From contig CBDBHB010000009.1 in NCBI GenBank assembly GCA_965205505.1, positions 864,001 to 928,000 on the forward strand: a DNA stretch of 64,000 nucleotides, read 5' to 3'. The notes under the pieces were generated by a model. It saw nothing but the letters and a program-made list of their open reading frames with translations. It had not been told where the DNA came from and made no database searches. How positions within the stretch are numbered: the first letter of the stretch is position 1; the number at the start of each line of letters is the position of its first letter. Below are positions 20,595 to 30,796 of the stretch, one piece after another. This DNA comes from Acidobacteriota bacterium (GTDB lineage Bacteria; Acidobacteriota; UBA890; WLXD01). Position numbers and translations under genes: made by a program.

Positions 20595-21884
20595 GTGTTT
20601 CGCGCACTGTTCAACTTCGTCAAGTCGCCTGTCCACACCTTTCCCGCTCTCGCCGCCGCCATCGGGTGCCTGGTCTCGGGCTACAGCACGTTCAACGGCA
20701 TCTCCGAGATCTTCCCCGATTTCCGCTACTCGGTTCTTGCGGCGCTCGGCTTGGCGGCCATTATCCAGCTGGGGATGCTGACCTCGGCGCTCCGACTACG
20801 CGAGCGTAGCCGCTATCAGCCGATGCTCGTGGCCGTCATCGTCTTCACCGTGGTGATGTCCAGCTTTACTTCGTATGTCTTCTACTACCGTGGCTTCTCC
20901 GAGGAGACCATCGCCAAGGAGCGTCGCGTCGAGCGCTACGAGTCGCTCCGCGCGTATCTCGTGGACGCATGCACGCAGACCTCCGGCACGCTGGGCACGC
21001 TAAAGGAGGCGTCCGCCGAGCTGCGCCGTCGCATCGAGATCGAGCAGGCCAGCGGCGGCGGTCTGCGCAATATCTCCAGTCCCTACCTGCAGCAGCTCAT
21101 CGCCGAGTCCGACCTGCTCGTTGACCTGCAGCGCGTCCAGAGTGGCACCGGCGAGCGCTATCGGTTCTTGACCAGTGTGTTGCCGCGCATCGAGCAGATG
21201 GAGATGGAGGTCGGTGGATCGCTGCAAGCCATCGACGCGGAGATTGCCACGCTGACCGACGGCACCGAGATCGACCATGGGGCGCTGAGGGCCTCCTACT
21301 CGCGCGCCTCGGCGGTGATTCCCGCGGATCGCATCCGCGAGGTTCGAGGCGAGTTCACGGCACGCTCGGTCGACCCGGCGATTCTCGACACGCGCCCGCT
21401 CGAGCAAGAGGAGTACTGGCAACGGGCGATGGGCGACATGGTCGCCGGCAGCCCCGCCGCAGTCGTGTTTGCCTTCATCGCGCTGTTCATCGACACCATG
21501 ATCGTCTTCTTCGCGTTCATTGCAGGCGAGTCGCGAGCGCGGCCGGCGATGCCACATGTGTCGCTGGCCCACTGGATGAAGATGGCCTACGAGCAGCGCG
21601 TCGAGGAGGGCGTGCGTCGCTGGCTGGGGGCGCTCGATGGTGTGCGAATCCAGCGTGGCAACGCATACTTGCATCGCCTGGACGCGCGCCGTCTCGACGA
21701 TGCCCGCGACGGCCAGTGCGCGCGCTTTCTGCGCCAGGACGGTTATCTACGCCAGGTAGTGCTGGAAGACGGCCAGACCCACTGGTGTCTTACCGACGCT
21801 GCCTACGCTGCGTTGGTCGAAATGACCATGCGAGCGGCCGCCGAGATGCTGCCGGTCGCGGAGCCCGAGGCGGCAACGTTATAG
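20595..21884 (+). CDS. Hypothetical membrane protein (3 TM + helical domain + TM + C-terminal domain)
   Basis: Long ORF with coding-like GC3; RBS GGAGG before GTG at 20595. Confidence 0.8.
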   Translation: MFRALFNFVKSPVHTFPALAAAIGCLVSGYSTFNGISEIFPDFRYSVLAALGLAAIIQLGMLTSALRLRERSRYQPMLVAVIVFTVVMSSFTSYVFYYRGFSEETIAKERRVERYESLRAYLVDACTQTSGTLGTLKEASAELRRRIEIEQASGGGLRNISSPYLQQLIAESDLLVDLQRVQSGTGERYRFLTSVLPRIEQMEMEVGGSLQAIDAEIATLTDGTEIDHGALRASYSRASAVIPADRIREVRGEFTARSVDPAILDTRPLEQEEYWQRAMGDMVAGSPAAVVFAFIALFIDTMIVFFAFIAGESRARPAMPHVSLAHWMKMAYEQRVEEGVRRWLGALDGVRIQRGNAYLHRLDARRLDDARDGQCARFLRQDGYLRQVVLEDGQTHWCLTDAAYAALVEMTMRAAAEMLPVAEPEAATL

Positions 21885-21896
21885 CGACGAATGACA

Positions 21897-21943
21897 GAAG
21901 CGGCCACCTCCCCTGGAATTGACCAGGGAGGTGGCCGCCTTCT
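21897..21943. terminator. Strong hairpin between convergent genes
   Basis: GCGGCCACCTCCC-CTGG/AATTGA/CCAG-GGAGGTGGCCGC. Confidence 0.75.
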
Positions 21944-21968
21944 CGAACCTGTCGCTGCTGGCGTGAGC

Positions 21969-23909
21969 TCAGCAGGAGATGCAGTTGTGGTGGTTCTCCG
22001 AGCCGAGCGATTCAGCCAAGGCCATGGTCGCCGGATATGGACGCACGCGTTGCATAGGCCCGTTCGCCATGTCCGCGATTGTTTGCCCCCGGCGACTCAG
22101 CAGCAGCGGATCGGCGCCCTTCATGTAGAGGTAGACGACCATCTCGTTGTCGCCTCGCCCGGCCGCGTGATGCAGGGGTGAGTAGCCTTTGTCGTCCCTT
22201 GTGTTGACGTCGGCGCCGAGCTCTTCCACCAGGTACCGCACCGCCGGCATCCATCCGTCCGGCATGTGGCGGTGATGGTTTGCGGCGAACCCGGTGCCTT
22301 CGGCGTAGCCGGCGCCCGAAGCGATGTGGAGCGGGTAGATGGCTGGCCCGCCGATCTTCACCGGTGGCAAGCGGGAGTGATCGATCTCCTTCGTCCGACC
22401 GCGGCGATAGCGACGGCGAGGGATCTTGCGGGTCGGGACGTTCGGATCGGCGCCGTGCGCGACCAGCAGACGCATGACCTCGACATCGAGCGCCTGGGCG
22501 GCGCGCCAGAAAGGCGTCGCGCCGGTGGTGTCCGACTGCTGATCGAAGTTATACGCCTGGTACCAGAGTTTCTTGTTGAGCCGCACGTTCGGGTCGGCCC
22601 CGGCCTCGAGCAGCGCGGCGATCAGCTCCGCATGGGTAGTTTCCTGGTTCTTGTACGCGGTCTGTTGGGGATAGCTGGTCTTGGCCGGGTACTGCGCGTT
22701 AATCGCCGCGTAGACCGCGGTGCCGTTGGCCTCGCTCGCCAGGTTGGGGTCGGCACCGTATTCCAGCAGCATCATCGCCAGGTCGTACTGTCCGTTGATG
22801 GCGGCGATCAGCAGCGGGCTGGTGTCATCACCCGTGACCGGATTGACGTCGACGTCGTGGTCGAGGAGCGCGAGCGCCACACCGGCATGTCCGTCGCGAG
22901 CTGCGAAGTGGAGCGCGGTGAGGCCACCCTGCGCGAAAACGAGACCCGGGAAGGACCGCCGTTGCTGCATGAGCATCAGCTCTTCCTCTGTCAGGCCCCC
23001 GTCGTCGTCCTCGTCCGTAGGCTCCCCTTCGCTCGCCTCGGGCGTCGCGGCTGGCTCGGCCTCCGCGTCAACCTCGGCGGCAGGAGCAGGCTGCTCTGAG
23101 GGCTCCTCGCCGGGTTCTCCGCTCTCGTTCGTTTCCTCGCCCTCCGTCTCCGCCTCGCCAGCCTCATCTTCGGCCGGCTCCGCGTCGCCCTCAGCCTCCG
23201 CCGCCCGTGCAGCAGCCTCTTCCTCGACCTTGCGCAAAGCCGCGCGGCTGGCGCGGCGCAGCTGCTCCTCGTCGCGCAGCTCGTTTCCGGCAGCAACGAT
23301 GTCGACGACCTTGGTAGCGATCGCCGCGTCGGCGCCGCGCTCCAGCAACGCGTTGACCACGCTGAGACGGTTGTTGGCGACTGCGAACATCAGCGGTGTC
23401 TGTCCCCATGCGGACTCGAGCGTGTCTATGTCAGCACCGTGGTCGAGCAGCATCGCGACGACCTCGACGTTGCCCGTCGCCGCCGCGAAGTGAAGCGGGT
23501 TGGCCCCGCCAGCTGTCGTGGCCGCTTCGATATCGCTTCCCGCCTCCAGCAGCACGCGTACGACTTGCCGGTTGCCAGCTTTGCTGGCGAGGTGCAGCGG
23601 CCGGTAGGCGCCCATTCGCGTCCCGGCTTCGAGGTTTGCACCGGCGTAAATGAGCATCTCGGCGAGCTCGGCGGCGTCGTTCTCGGCTGCCCAGTGCAGC
23701 GCCGTCATACCGTCGGCCTGTGCAGCGTTGACGTCGGCAGCCTGGCGGAGCAACGCGCGGACCGCGTCCACATCGCCAGCCATCGCTGCGTCGGCCACGG
23801 GTGACTCGGCAGGCGTTGCGACCACGAGAGCAGGCAGGAAGATCGCGAGCGCCAGAGTCAACCAGAGCCGCCGACTCGCGTCAGGACGCCGTTTACGTGT
23901 TGCCGACAT
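21969..23909 (-). CDS. Secreted ankyrin-repeat protein
   Basis: Repeats DGMTALHWAA, GQTPLMFA, GLTALHFAA, GYSPLHHAA; signal peptide; acidic insert; C-terminal CISC. Confidence 0.93.
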   Translation of the reverse strand: MSATRKRRPDASRRLWLTLALAIFLPALVVATPAESPVADAAMAGDVDAVRALLRQAADVNAAQADGMTALHWAAENDAAELAEMLIYAGANLEAGTRMGAYRPLHLASKAGNRQVVRVLLEAGSDIEAATTAGGANPLHFAAATGNVEVVAMLLDHGADIDTLESAWGQTPLMFAVANNRLSVVNALLERGADAAIATKVVDIVAAGNELRDEEQLRRASRAALRKVEEEAAARAAEAEGDAEPAEDEAGEAETEGEETNESGEPGEEPSEQPAPAAEVDAEAEPAATPEASEGEPTDEDDDGGLTEEELMLMQQRRSFPGLVFAQGGLTALHFAARDGHAGVALALLDHDVDVNPVTGDDTSPLLIAAINGQYDLAMMLLEYGADPNLASEANGTAVYAAINAQYPAKTSYPQQTAYKNQETTHAELIAALLEAGADPNVRLNKKLWYQAYNFDQQSDTTGATPFWRAAQALDVEVMRLLVAHGADPNVPTRKIPRRRYRRGRTKEIDHSRLPPVKIGGPAIYPLHIASGAGYAEGTGFAANHHRHMPDGWMPAVRYLVEELGADVNTRDDKGYSPLHHAAGRGDNEMVVYLYMKGADPLLLSRRGQTIADMANGPMQRVRPYPATMALAESLGSENHHNCISC

Positions 23910-23940
23910 CGATTCAGTCCTCCGCCTTCGGTTTTCGTTA

Positions 23941-25332
23941 TCAGACCGGGTACGCGAATTCCCCGGTGCTGTCGCCGAAGCTCTGTAGGTCGTCGTGACC
24001 CAGCTGGTGCAGCATGCTCAACATCACGTTTGCCATGGGGGTACCGGGCTCGGCTCGTACGTGGAGGTTGCCGTGCGGTTGGGTATTAGCGCCGCCGAGC
24101 ACGATCAGCGGGCAGCGTCTGTGGTTGTGTAGGTTCGGGTCACCCATGGGCGAGCCGTAGACGACCATGGTGCTGTCGAGTAGCGGGCTGTCGCCATCGA
24201 GGGTGTTGCTCAGCCTATCGAGAAGGTAAGGGAGCATACCGACGTGGTAACGGTTGATCTTGGCGAACTTCTCGACGTTCGCTGCGACATCGCCGTGGTG
24301 CGAGGTCCGGTGGAACGGTTCGTGGACGCCACTCTCCGGGAACACCCTGGCCGAAGCGTCGCGACCCAGCTTGAGCGAGAAGACACGCGTCAGGTCGGCG
24401 GCGAAGGCCATCGCCTGAAGATCGAACATGAGCTCGACGTGCTCGGTGAACGAATCCGGTACGCCCGCAGGGGCGGCCGGTAGCTCACGCAGCTCGCCGC
24501 TGCTGTTGCGTTCTTCCGTGATCTGGATGCGCCGCTCGATCTCACGGATGTTGGTTAGGTAACGGTCCAGACGCCGCCGGTCGCCGGCGCCGAACGCCTG
24601 CTGGATGTGCGACACTTCTTCAGCGATCCAGTCGAGGATGCTGCGTTTGCTGGCGCGGCGCGCGGCACGCTGCTCGGGAGTTCCACCGGCACCGAAGAGC
24701 CGGTCGAAGATGGCCCGTGGATCGCGGATCATCGGCAGCGGCTCCGTCGGCGAGCCCCAGCTGATCGTGTCGGAGTAGATGCAGGCGTACCCATAGTCGC
24801 AACCGCCGGCCTGATCGACGTTCTCGATGCACAGCTGCATCGACGGGATCGGGTTGTCCTGCCCAAATCGCTGCGCGTGGACCTGATCCATCGAAACGCC
24901 GGCCATGACGTCCGATCCTTCGGTCTGCTTCGGATGCGCCTGGGTCAGGAAGACCGCGCTCGAGCGGTAGTGGTCGCCGCCGATCTCTTTGGTCTCGTAG
25001 GCCTCGGCCTGCTGGCAGTCGGTGTCGCTGACGATCGTCAGATACTTGCGCCAAGGCTCGAGCGGGGTCAACGACGTCGGGGTCAGATCGAAGTCGTGTC
25101 CGATCGCCGCCGGCGCCCACAGGTTCTTGGTGGCGCCGAAGGCATTGCTTCCGGCGGCGCCGTGTACGATCTCGATGCAAACCAGGCGCTTCGGACCGTC
25201 TACGGTGTTTACGGCGGCCTTCGCGAATGCCGTTCCCGCCGGCACCATCGCGTCCATCAGTGGGAGCGCTACCGTGGCTCCCAGGCCGCGCAAGACAGTC
25301 CGGCGATGCATGGCTTTTTGCGTTATGTACAT
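23941..25332 (-). CDS. DUF1552-family protein with Tat signal
   Basis: HRRTVLRGLG..LPLMDAM, GGDH, CDYGYAC, HRTSHH, HNH. Confidence 0.9.
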   Translation of the reverse strand: MYITQKAMHRRTVLRGLGATVALPLMDAMVPAGTAFAKAAVNTVDGPKRLVCIEIVHGAAGSNAFGATKNLWAPAAIGHDFDLTPTSLTPLEPWRKYLTIVSDTDCQQAEAYETKEIGGDHYRSSAVFLTQAHPKQTEGSDVMAGVSMDQVHAQRFGQDNPIPSMQLCIENVDQAGGCDYGYACIYSDTISWGSPTEPLPMIRDPRAIFDRLFGAGGTPEQRAARRASKRSILDWIAEEVSHIQQAFGAGDRRRLDRYLTNIREIERRIQITEERNSSGELRELPAAPAGVPDSFTEHVELMFDLQAMAFAADLTRVFSLKLGRDASARVFPESGVHEPFHRTSHHGDVAANVEKFAKINRYHVGMLPYLLDRLSNTLDGDSPLLDSTMVVYGSPMGDPNLHNHRRCPLIVLGGANTQPHGNLHVRAEPGTPMANVMLSMLHQLGHDDLQSFGDSTGEFAYPV

Positions 25333-25379
25333 GGGCTGTTTCCTCGCCCGGATGGCCGGAGTCGCGCCGAGCCGAAGGC

Positions 25380-27830
25380 TCAGCGGTTTTCGTCGCGTTC
25401 CGCGGCTACTTCGGGTAGTTGAATCTCGTTGTTGGTGCGAAAGGCTTGGCTCGTCGCCACTCCAACGATGAAGGACGACATTTTGTAGTCGTTGCTTGAT
25501 GCCGCGCGAACGATTGCGCGGATCTCTGGCATATCAGGGTACTCGACCCGGCGGCCAATCCCATACGCCATAAGGTTCTCGGTGAAGGTCGTGATGAGCG
25601 CTGGCGAGTATTTCAGCAGCGCGTCGCGCAGATCCGCCGGGCTCGTGAGGGCGGTGCCGTCGTACAAGCTGCCCGACGTGTCGACGGGGTTACCGGCGTC
25701 CTTGGTGCGCCAGGCGCCGGTCACGTCGAAGTTCTCCAATGCCAGGCCGATCGGGTCGATTGCTCGATGACAGCTGGCACACGCCGGGTTGGCCCGATGC
25801 CGCTCCAAACGCTCACGGACCGTCAGCTCGCGGCCGTCGGCGATTGCCTCTGTGGCATCCAGCTCAGGCACGTCGGGCGGCGGCGGTGGCGGCGGGCTGC
25901 CGAGCAGCACGGACATCACCCACTTGCCACGCAGCACCGGCGATGTGCGCTCGGCATGCGATGTGAGCGTCAAGATGCTGCTATGTCCCAGCAGGCCGCG
26001 GCGCTCCGGATTCGCCACGGCGACGCGGCGGAAGTGTTCTCCGCTCACGTCGGGAATCCCGTAGTGGCGGGCCAGGCGGTCGTTGACGAAGGTGTAGTCG
26101 GCGCGCAGCAAATCGAGCACGCTGCGGTCGTCCTCGACCAAGCTGTTGAAGAACAGCTCTGTCTCGCGACGCATGGCCGCCGCCAGCTCCTCGTGGAAGT
26201 CGGGGAACATCAGAGCATCCGGGTGTACTTTGTCGAGGTCCTGGAGCCGCAGCCACTGGGCTGCGAACCGCGTTCCCAGCGCCGCCGCTCGCGGATCTGA
26301 CAGCATCCTACGAACCTGCTCTTCCAGCACCGCGTCATCGGAGAGCCGGTGCTCTCGCGCCAGCGTCATTAGCTCCCCGTCCGGCGCCGCGCCCCACAGG
26401 AAGAACGACAGACGCGAGGCCAGAGCCACATCGCCGATACTGGTGAGCTGGCTGCTCGCCTGGCCAGTGGCCGGTGCTTCAAAGCGCAGCACGAAGTGGG
26501 GGCTCGACAGCAGTGCCTCGAGCGCCGAACGGATGCCGGCCTCGAATCCACCGTTGTCGGCTCCCTTGCGGAAGAACGACATCAACCCGACGAGGTCGCG
26601 CTCGGTGGTGGGACGCCGGTAGGCCTGCGTCGCCAGCCGCGTGATGATCGCCTCGGCACACGGGACTTCCTCGTCAGACGAGATCGGGCGGCAGCTGAAG
26701 ATCCGTTGACGGCTCGGCGTTGCCGAGACTCCGGTGGCATTGTAAGGGCCGATGATCGCGGCGCCCTGGAGGTGGACGAGGCTCGTGATGCCGTGAACCG
26801 AGCCGATCGAGCGATCCGACAAGCTCCACTCGTGTGGCGACAGCAAATCGACCGCGGGCCCTTCTGACCGCTGGATGAACACTATCGAGATTCGTTGCGC
26901 TCCGGCACGGATGAATATCCGCGGGGTGGAAATGCTCTGGTTGTCGGGGTCCATGAATCGGTCGACATCGAGCAGCGCGGCGCGCTCCCCGTTGACCGAT
27001 ACCTCGATCTGCTCCTGGTGGAGGAGAGCCTTGCCGAACAGCAGCCCCTCGGGTGAGTCGAAGAGCGTCAGGGTGACCTGGTATTCGCCGTCGGCAGGGA
27101 AGTTGTGAATCACCGACAGCCCGCCGCGCGTGCCGTACGGGGCACCCTCGACCCGCTCGCGCTGTGACGTGTAGCGCGACATCGTGTACTTGGTCTCGGC
27201 CACGGAAGCGTTCGGGTCGCCCACCGCCAGACGGCTGATCTCGGCAGCCGCTGCCAGATAGCCTTCCATCACCGTCGCCGAGAGGCCTTGAACGTCGGCG
27301 ATGTTGTCGAAGCCGGCGCTCAGCGGATCGGGTGGCAAGTAGGCGCTGGCGTCGATATCGAGCTCGAGCAGATCGCGCACGGAACGCTCGTACTCGACGT
27401 GGTTGAGTCTCTGGAACGTGCGCCCGCCGGGGTTCGGGTTGGCCGCGGCGGCTGCGTCGACGCGAGAGGCGAGGGCCGCAACCAGCGCGGTGAGCGTTCC
27501 TTCGTCGGGACGCCTCGCCGGAAGCGCGGGCATCATCCCCGCTTCCAGCTTGCGGATCATCTTCTCGGCGACCTCGGCGTTCTCGTGAGCCGTGGCGACG
27601 TCGAAGCTCTCGAGGCTCAGCCCGCCGCGCGACATGCTGTCGTTGTGGCAGCGTAGGCAGTAGCGGCCGATGACCTCGTTCTGCTCCTGGTACGGCGAGG
27701 CGACGGTCGCTGCGTCGCCGGGCATCGAGAGGCTGTCATGCGTCGAGTCGTGCTGCGCCAGACCGGTCCTAGCCGTCACGCCGAGGCCGAGCATGCCGAT
27801 GGCGGCGAGAGAGAGCATGGACCGCTTCAT
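25380..27830 (-). CDS. DUF1592-family planctomycete-type cytochrome c protein
   Basis: CLRCH and CASCH heme motifs, RLNHVEY, LASRLSFFLW, FAAQWL, RTSPVLRGKW, IDPIGLALENFD. Confidence 0.92.
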   Translation of the reverse strand: MKRSMLSLAAIGMLGLGVTARTGLAQHDSTHDSLSMPGDAATVASPYQEQNEVIGRYCLRCHNDSMSRGGLSLESFDVATAHENAEVAEKMIRKLEAGMMPALPARRPDEGTLTALVAALASRVDAAAAANPNPGGRTFQRLNHVEYERSVRDLLELDIDASAYLPPDPLSAGFDNIADVQGLSATVMEGYLAAAAEISRLAVGDPNASVAETKYTMSRYTSQRERVEGAPYGTRGGLSVIHNFPADGEYQVTLTLFDSPEGLLFGKALLHQEQIEVSVNGERAALLDVDRFMDPDNQSISTPRIFIRAGAQRISIVFIQRSEGPAVDLLSPHEWSLSDRSIGSVHGITSLVHLQGAAIIGPYNATGVSATPSRQRIFSCRPISSDEEVPCAEAIITRLATQAYRRPTTERDLVGLMSFFRKGADNGGFEAGIRSALEALLSSPHFVLRFEAPATGQASSQLTSIGDVALASRLSFFLWGAAPDGELMTLAREHRLSDDAVLEEQVRRMLSDPRAAALGTRFAAQWLRLQDLDKVHPDALMFPDFHEELAAAMRRETELFFNSLVEDDRSVLDLLRADYTFVNDRLARHYGIPDVSGEHFRRVAVANPERRGLLGHSSILTLTSHAERTSPVLRGKWVMSVLLGSPPPPPPPDVPELDATEAIADGRELTVRERLERHRANPACASCHRAIDPIGLALENFDVTGAWRTKDAGNPVDTSGSLYDGTALTSPADLRDALLKYSPALITTFTENLMAYGIGRRVEYPDMPEIRAIVRAASSNDYKMSSFIVGVATSQAFRTNNEIQLPEVAAERDENR

Positions 27831-27998
27831 TCGACTATCTCCATTGCGCATCAGGGCTCGTGCACACCAGTGTCGGCGCGGAGTTCGCCAGCCCCCGCGG
27901 AGCCCTACGCGTGCAGTATATGGCTGCCGTCGACGGCTTGCCCAGGCTCCACGAGTGGATTCCTTCGATCGCGTATATCGACCGTCCAGGGCGGCCTG

Positions 27999-28877
27999 CT
28001 AGGGTCGATCCGTTGACTCGGCCGCTGCGATGGCGGCTTGAAGCGCCTTCACCGTCTTGTCGACCCGGAACTGCATGAGCTTGTTTCCTATTTCGAGAGT
28101 AGCCTCTAGGTCGGCGATGCTTTGACCGTTTATGCTCGCCTTCTCGGCCTTTACACGCTGCTCGTAGCGCACCGTTCCGGGGTCGACCGTCATCTGCATC
28201 GCGGTGAGCCAGAAGAAGTCGTGGTAGCCCTCGTTTTCTTCCACGATACCGAGCTCGGTGTTCATGTACTCGATCACGTCATCCGCTGCGTAGAACTCGG
28301 GGATGAAGTGGGCAATCGTCGCGCCCCAGCGCTCGTTGAGCTGCTCGGCCACGTTCCGCATGCCGGATTGGTTTCCGCCGCTGGCACCGAGGAACGCGAC
28401 GTGCTCGAAGCCGTGCGCCTTCAGGCTGGAGGCGGCGTCGTCGAGCATCATCTCGAACGTCTCCTGCCGAACGCTTATCGTGCCCGGATATCGCATGTGG
28501 CCGGTGGGCGGGTCGATGCTGCCCTCAGGGACCAGCTTGATGATCGGCGCGCACAGCGCGTCGCCTAGCGCCCGGGCGATTCGCTCGCAGAGGCCCAGCA
28601 GCTCATAGTTGTGCTTGCCGGTCGCCACATACGGCCCGTTTTGCTCTATGCCCCCGGTGGTCAGAATGGCGGTCTTCTTGCCCGCCGCCATGGCGTCGCG
28701 CACCTCGATCCAGGTGAGCTCCTCGATCCACACGGAATCGAGTGCGTCGATGGGTCGTTGCATGGCGAGCTCGCGCTGAATACGCGCCTCGCGGTCGGCG
28801 TCCTGGCCGCCCGCGATCCCGATGCCCGCCAGCACGATCAGCAGGGTCGCCAGGCTCAGCAGCTTGTGTCTTGTCAT
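27999..28877 (-). CDS. Creatininase-family protein, exported
   Basis: IEELTW, GGIEQNGP, YPGTISV, SGGN; signal peptide. Confidence 0.85.
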   Translation of the reverse strand: MTRHKLLSLATLLIVLAGIGIAGGQDADREARIQRELAMQRPIDALDSVWIEELTWIEVRDAMAAGKKTAILTTGGIEQNGPYVATGKHNYELLGLCERIARALGDALCAPIIKLVPEGSIDPPTGHMRYPGTISVRQETFEMMLDDAASSLKAHGFEHVAFLGASGGNQSGMRNVAEQLNERWGATIAHFIPEFYAADDVIEYMNTELGIVEENEGYHDFFWLTAMQMTVDPGTVRYEQRVKAEKASINGQSIADLEATLEIGNKLMQFRVDKTVKALQAAIAAAESTDRP

Positions 28878-28950
28878 CGATAAACCTCCTTGTTGAGCCG
28901 CTCTCTCTGCGCGTTTGCACGCGGTGACCTGTGCACTGCGTTGGGGACGG

Positions 28951-30660
28951 CTATCTGCGCGTCACACGGAACACCATGTCGCGGTGTACGTTGCCCTGTG
29001 CGCGGCCGATGCGAAAGCGCGCCCAGCCATCCTCCTGCACGGTCATCTCCATTTCCCGCCAGTCACCCATGTCGCCTCGCACCGTCAGGTTGCGGCCGCG
29101 CAGGCGTTCCCCGGCGGCATCGATCCGTTGGGCAAGCATCATCGAAGGCGAGCCCAGGAACGTCGGCTCGCCGTCGGCGGTTCTGCCGACCGCCAGAGCG
29201 CACACCAGCCCGGCGAGGACGAGCTGCTCGCCAGGCTCTCCGCGAACCGCGAAGTAGCGTCGCTCGTGGAACAGGTGCTCGGTGAAGCTGTACGTGCCGG
29301 GCTCGATCTCGTCGGCGCTGCCGACGTCGGCGCCGCCGCGCACACGTGCGATGGGCGACGGAAAGTTCGAGCTCGTTGCACCGGCGAGGATGAAGTCGGT
29401 GGTCGCTCGCACCGCTGTGCCGACGCCGCGGAACAGCTGCTCGGCGCTCGGGGCATCGAAGTAGTCGCCGCCGCCGGCGCTGGCGAGCTTCGATAGCGCG
29501 TCGGCCGCCTGCGCGTCGACACCCAGGCCGACGGCATGGATCCTTATCGGATTCCCGCCGGCACGGAGCTCGGCGGCGACCGCCACAGGGTCGCCGCCAC
29601 AGGATTCGATGCCGTCGGTGATCAGCAGCAACACGCCGCCGCCGCCCGCACTCAGGTCGTTCGCTGCAGCTCGTAGGCTGAGCGCCAGGGGAGTCTGGCC
29701 GCGCGGTTGTAGCGACGCTGAGCGCGCCAGGATCTGCTGGGCACTGCCGGGCTGTGGCGCGATGAGCAGCTCGGTATCCTGACATCCGGCCTCCCTCTCG
29801 TCGTATGCGACGCGGTGACCGTAGGCGCGAAGGCCGACCGGCACCGAAGGAGGCACATCGGTAAGAGCTCCGGCCATTGCTTCTCTGGCGAGCTCGATCT
29901 TGACGCGACCGTCGACCTGTCCCCACATGCTGTTGCTGACATCGAGAATCACTTGCAGCTGGGCGCCGGCGGCACCGCCAACGGTCGCGACCGCCGGCAG
30001 GTCTAGGTCTGTTGGCAGCGCCTCGACCGTCGCGGTCTCGAAGCTGGTCTCGTCGAAGGCACGCGTGTAGGTTCCGCCCGTAACCAGCGCGATCCCGGCG
30101 AGCTGATGCGAGACGCGCTCACCGAGACTAATGGTGTGGATGCGGATGCCGTTGGCCTCGGCGCGTGCCACCCCCACCGGGTCCGCGCCGCAGGTCTCTT
30201 CACCGTCACCGATAATCAGCATCTCTTTGCGCCGTGCGTCCACCGCACGCAGATCTTCGAGTCCCTGGCGCATGCTGAGCACGAGCGGTGTGGCGCCGTC
30301 CCAGCGTATCGACTCCATTGACCGGCGCCAGATCGGTGGCTCGAACGAAGCAAAAGGAACCGCAAGCCGGGACGCGCCGCATTCATCGCTGCCCGGTCCT
30401 TCGCCCAGAAGACGCAGCGCTACCGCCGTGCCTTCGGGGAGCCCGGCAAGCGTACGCAGCAACCGTCGTTGTGCAAGATCCCGCTTGACCCCTCCCTCGA
30501 CCTGTTCCTTCATGCTCCCGGAGACGTCGAGCACGACAACCATGGCTGCGTCGTACGACTGCGCGGCGGTTACCTGGGTTGTTGATGCCAGGCCGGCAGC
30601 GAGTAGCGCGACGGCGGCAGGTCCGCGTCGGGCCGGGTGCCGGTGAGCTGAAGCGGTCAT
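28951..30660 (-). CDS. Secreted tandem-vWA domain protein
   Basis: Two MIDAS motifs (LDVSGSM, LDVSNSM), TPL, GDGEETCG and TDGIESCG. Confidence 0.88.
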   Translation of the reverse strand: MTASAHRHPARRGPAAVALLAAGLASTTQVTAAQSYDAAMVVVLDVSGSMKEQVEGGVKRDLAQRRLLRTLAGLPEGTAVALRLLGEGPGSDECGASRLAVPFASFEPPIWRRSMESIRWDGATPLVLSMRQGLEDLRAVDARRKEMLIIGDGEETCGADPVGVARAEANGIRIHTISLGERVSHQLAGIALVTGGTYTRAFDETSFETATVEALPTDLDLPAVATVGGAAGAQLQVILDVSNSMWGQVDGRVKIELAREAMAGALTDVPPSVPVGLRAYGHRVAYDEREAGCQDTELLIAPQPGSAQQILARSASLQPRGQTPLALSLRAAANDLSAGGGGVLLLITDGIESCGGDPVAVAAELRAGGNPIRIHAVGLGVDAQAADALSKLASAGGGDYFDAPSAEQLFRGVGTAVRATTDFILAGATSSNFPSPIARVRGGADVGSADEIEPGTYSFTEHLFHERRYFAVRGEPGEQLVLAGLVCALAVGRTADGEPTFLGSPSMMLAQRIDAAGERLRGRNLTVRGDMGDWREMEMTVQEDGWARFRIGRAQGNVHRDMVFRVTRR

Positions 30661-30796
30661 GCGTTGCTCCACGGGCGGGCAGGGATCACAGTGCAGGATT
30701 ATAGGTCCGCGGCCGGTTGTGCCGGCCTTGCCGGTGGACGAACACGCCGCTAAGGTTCGCTACGCCATGTCCCACAGATGCACAGGAGCCCGATCG

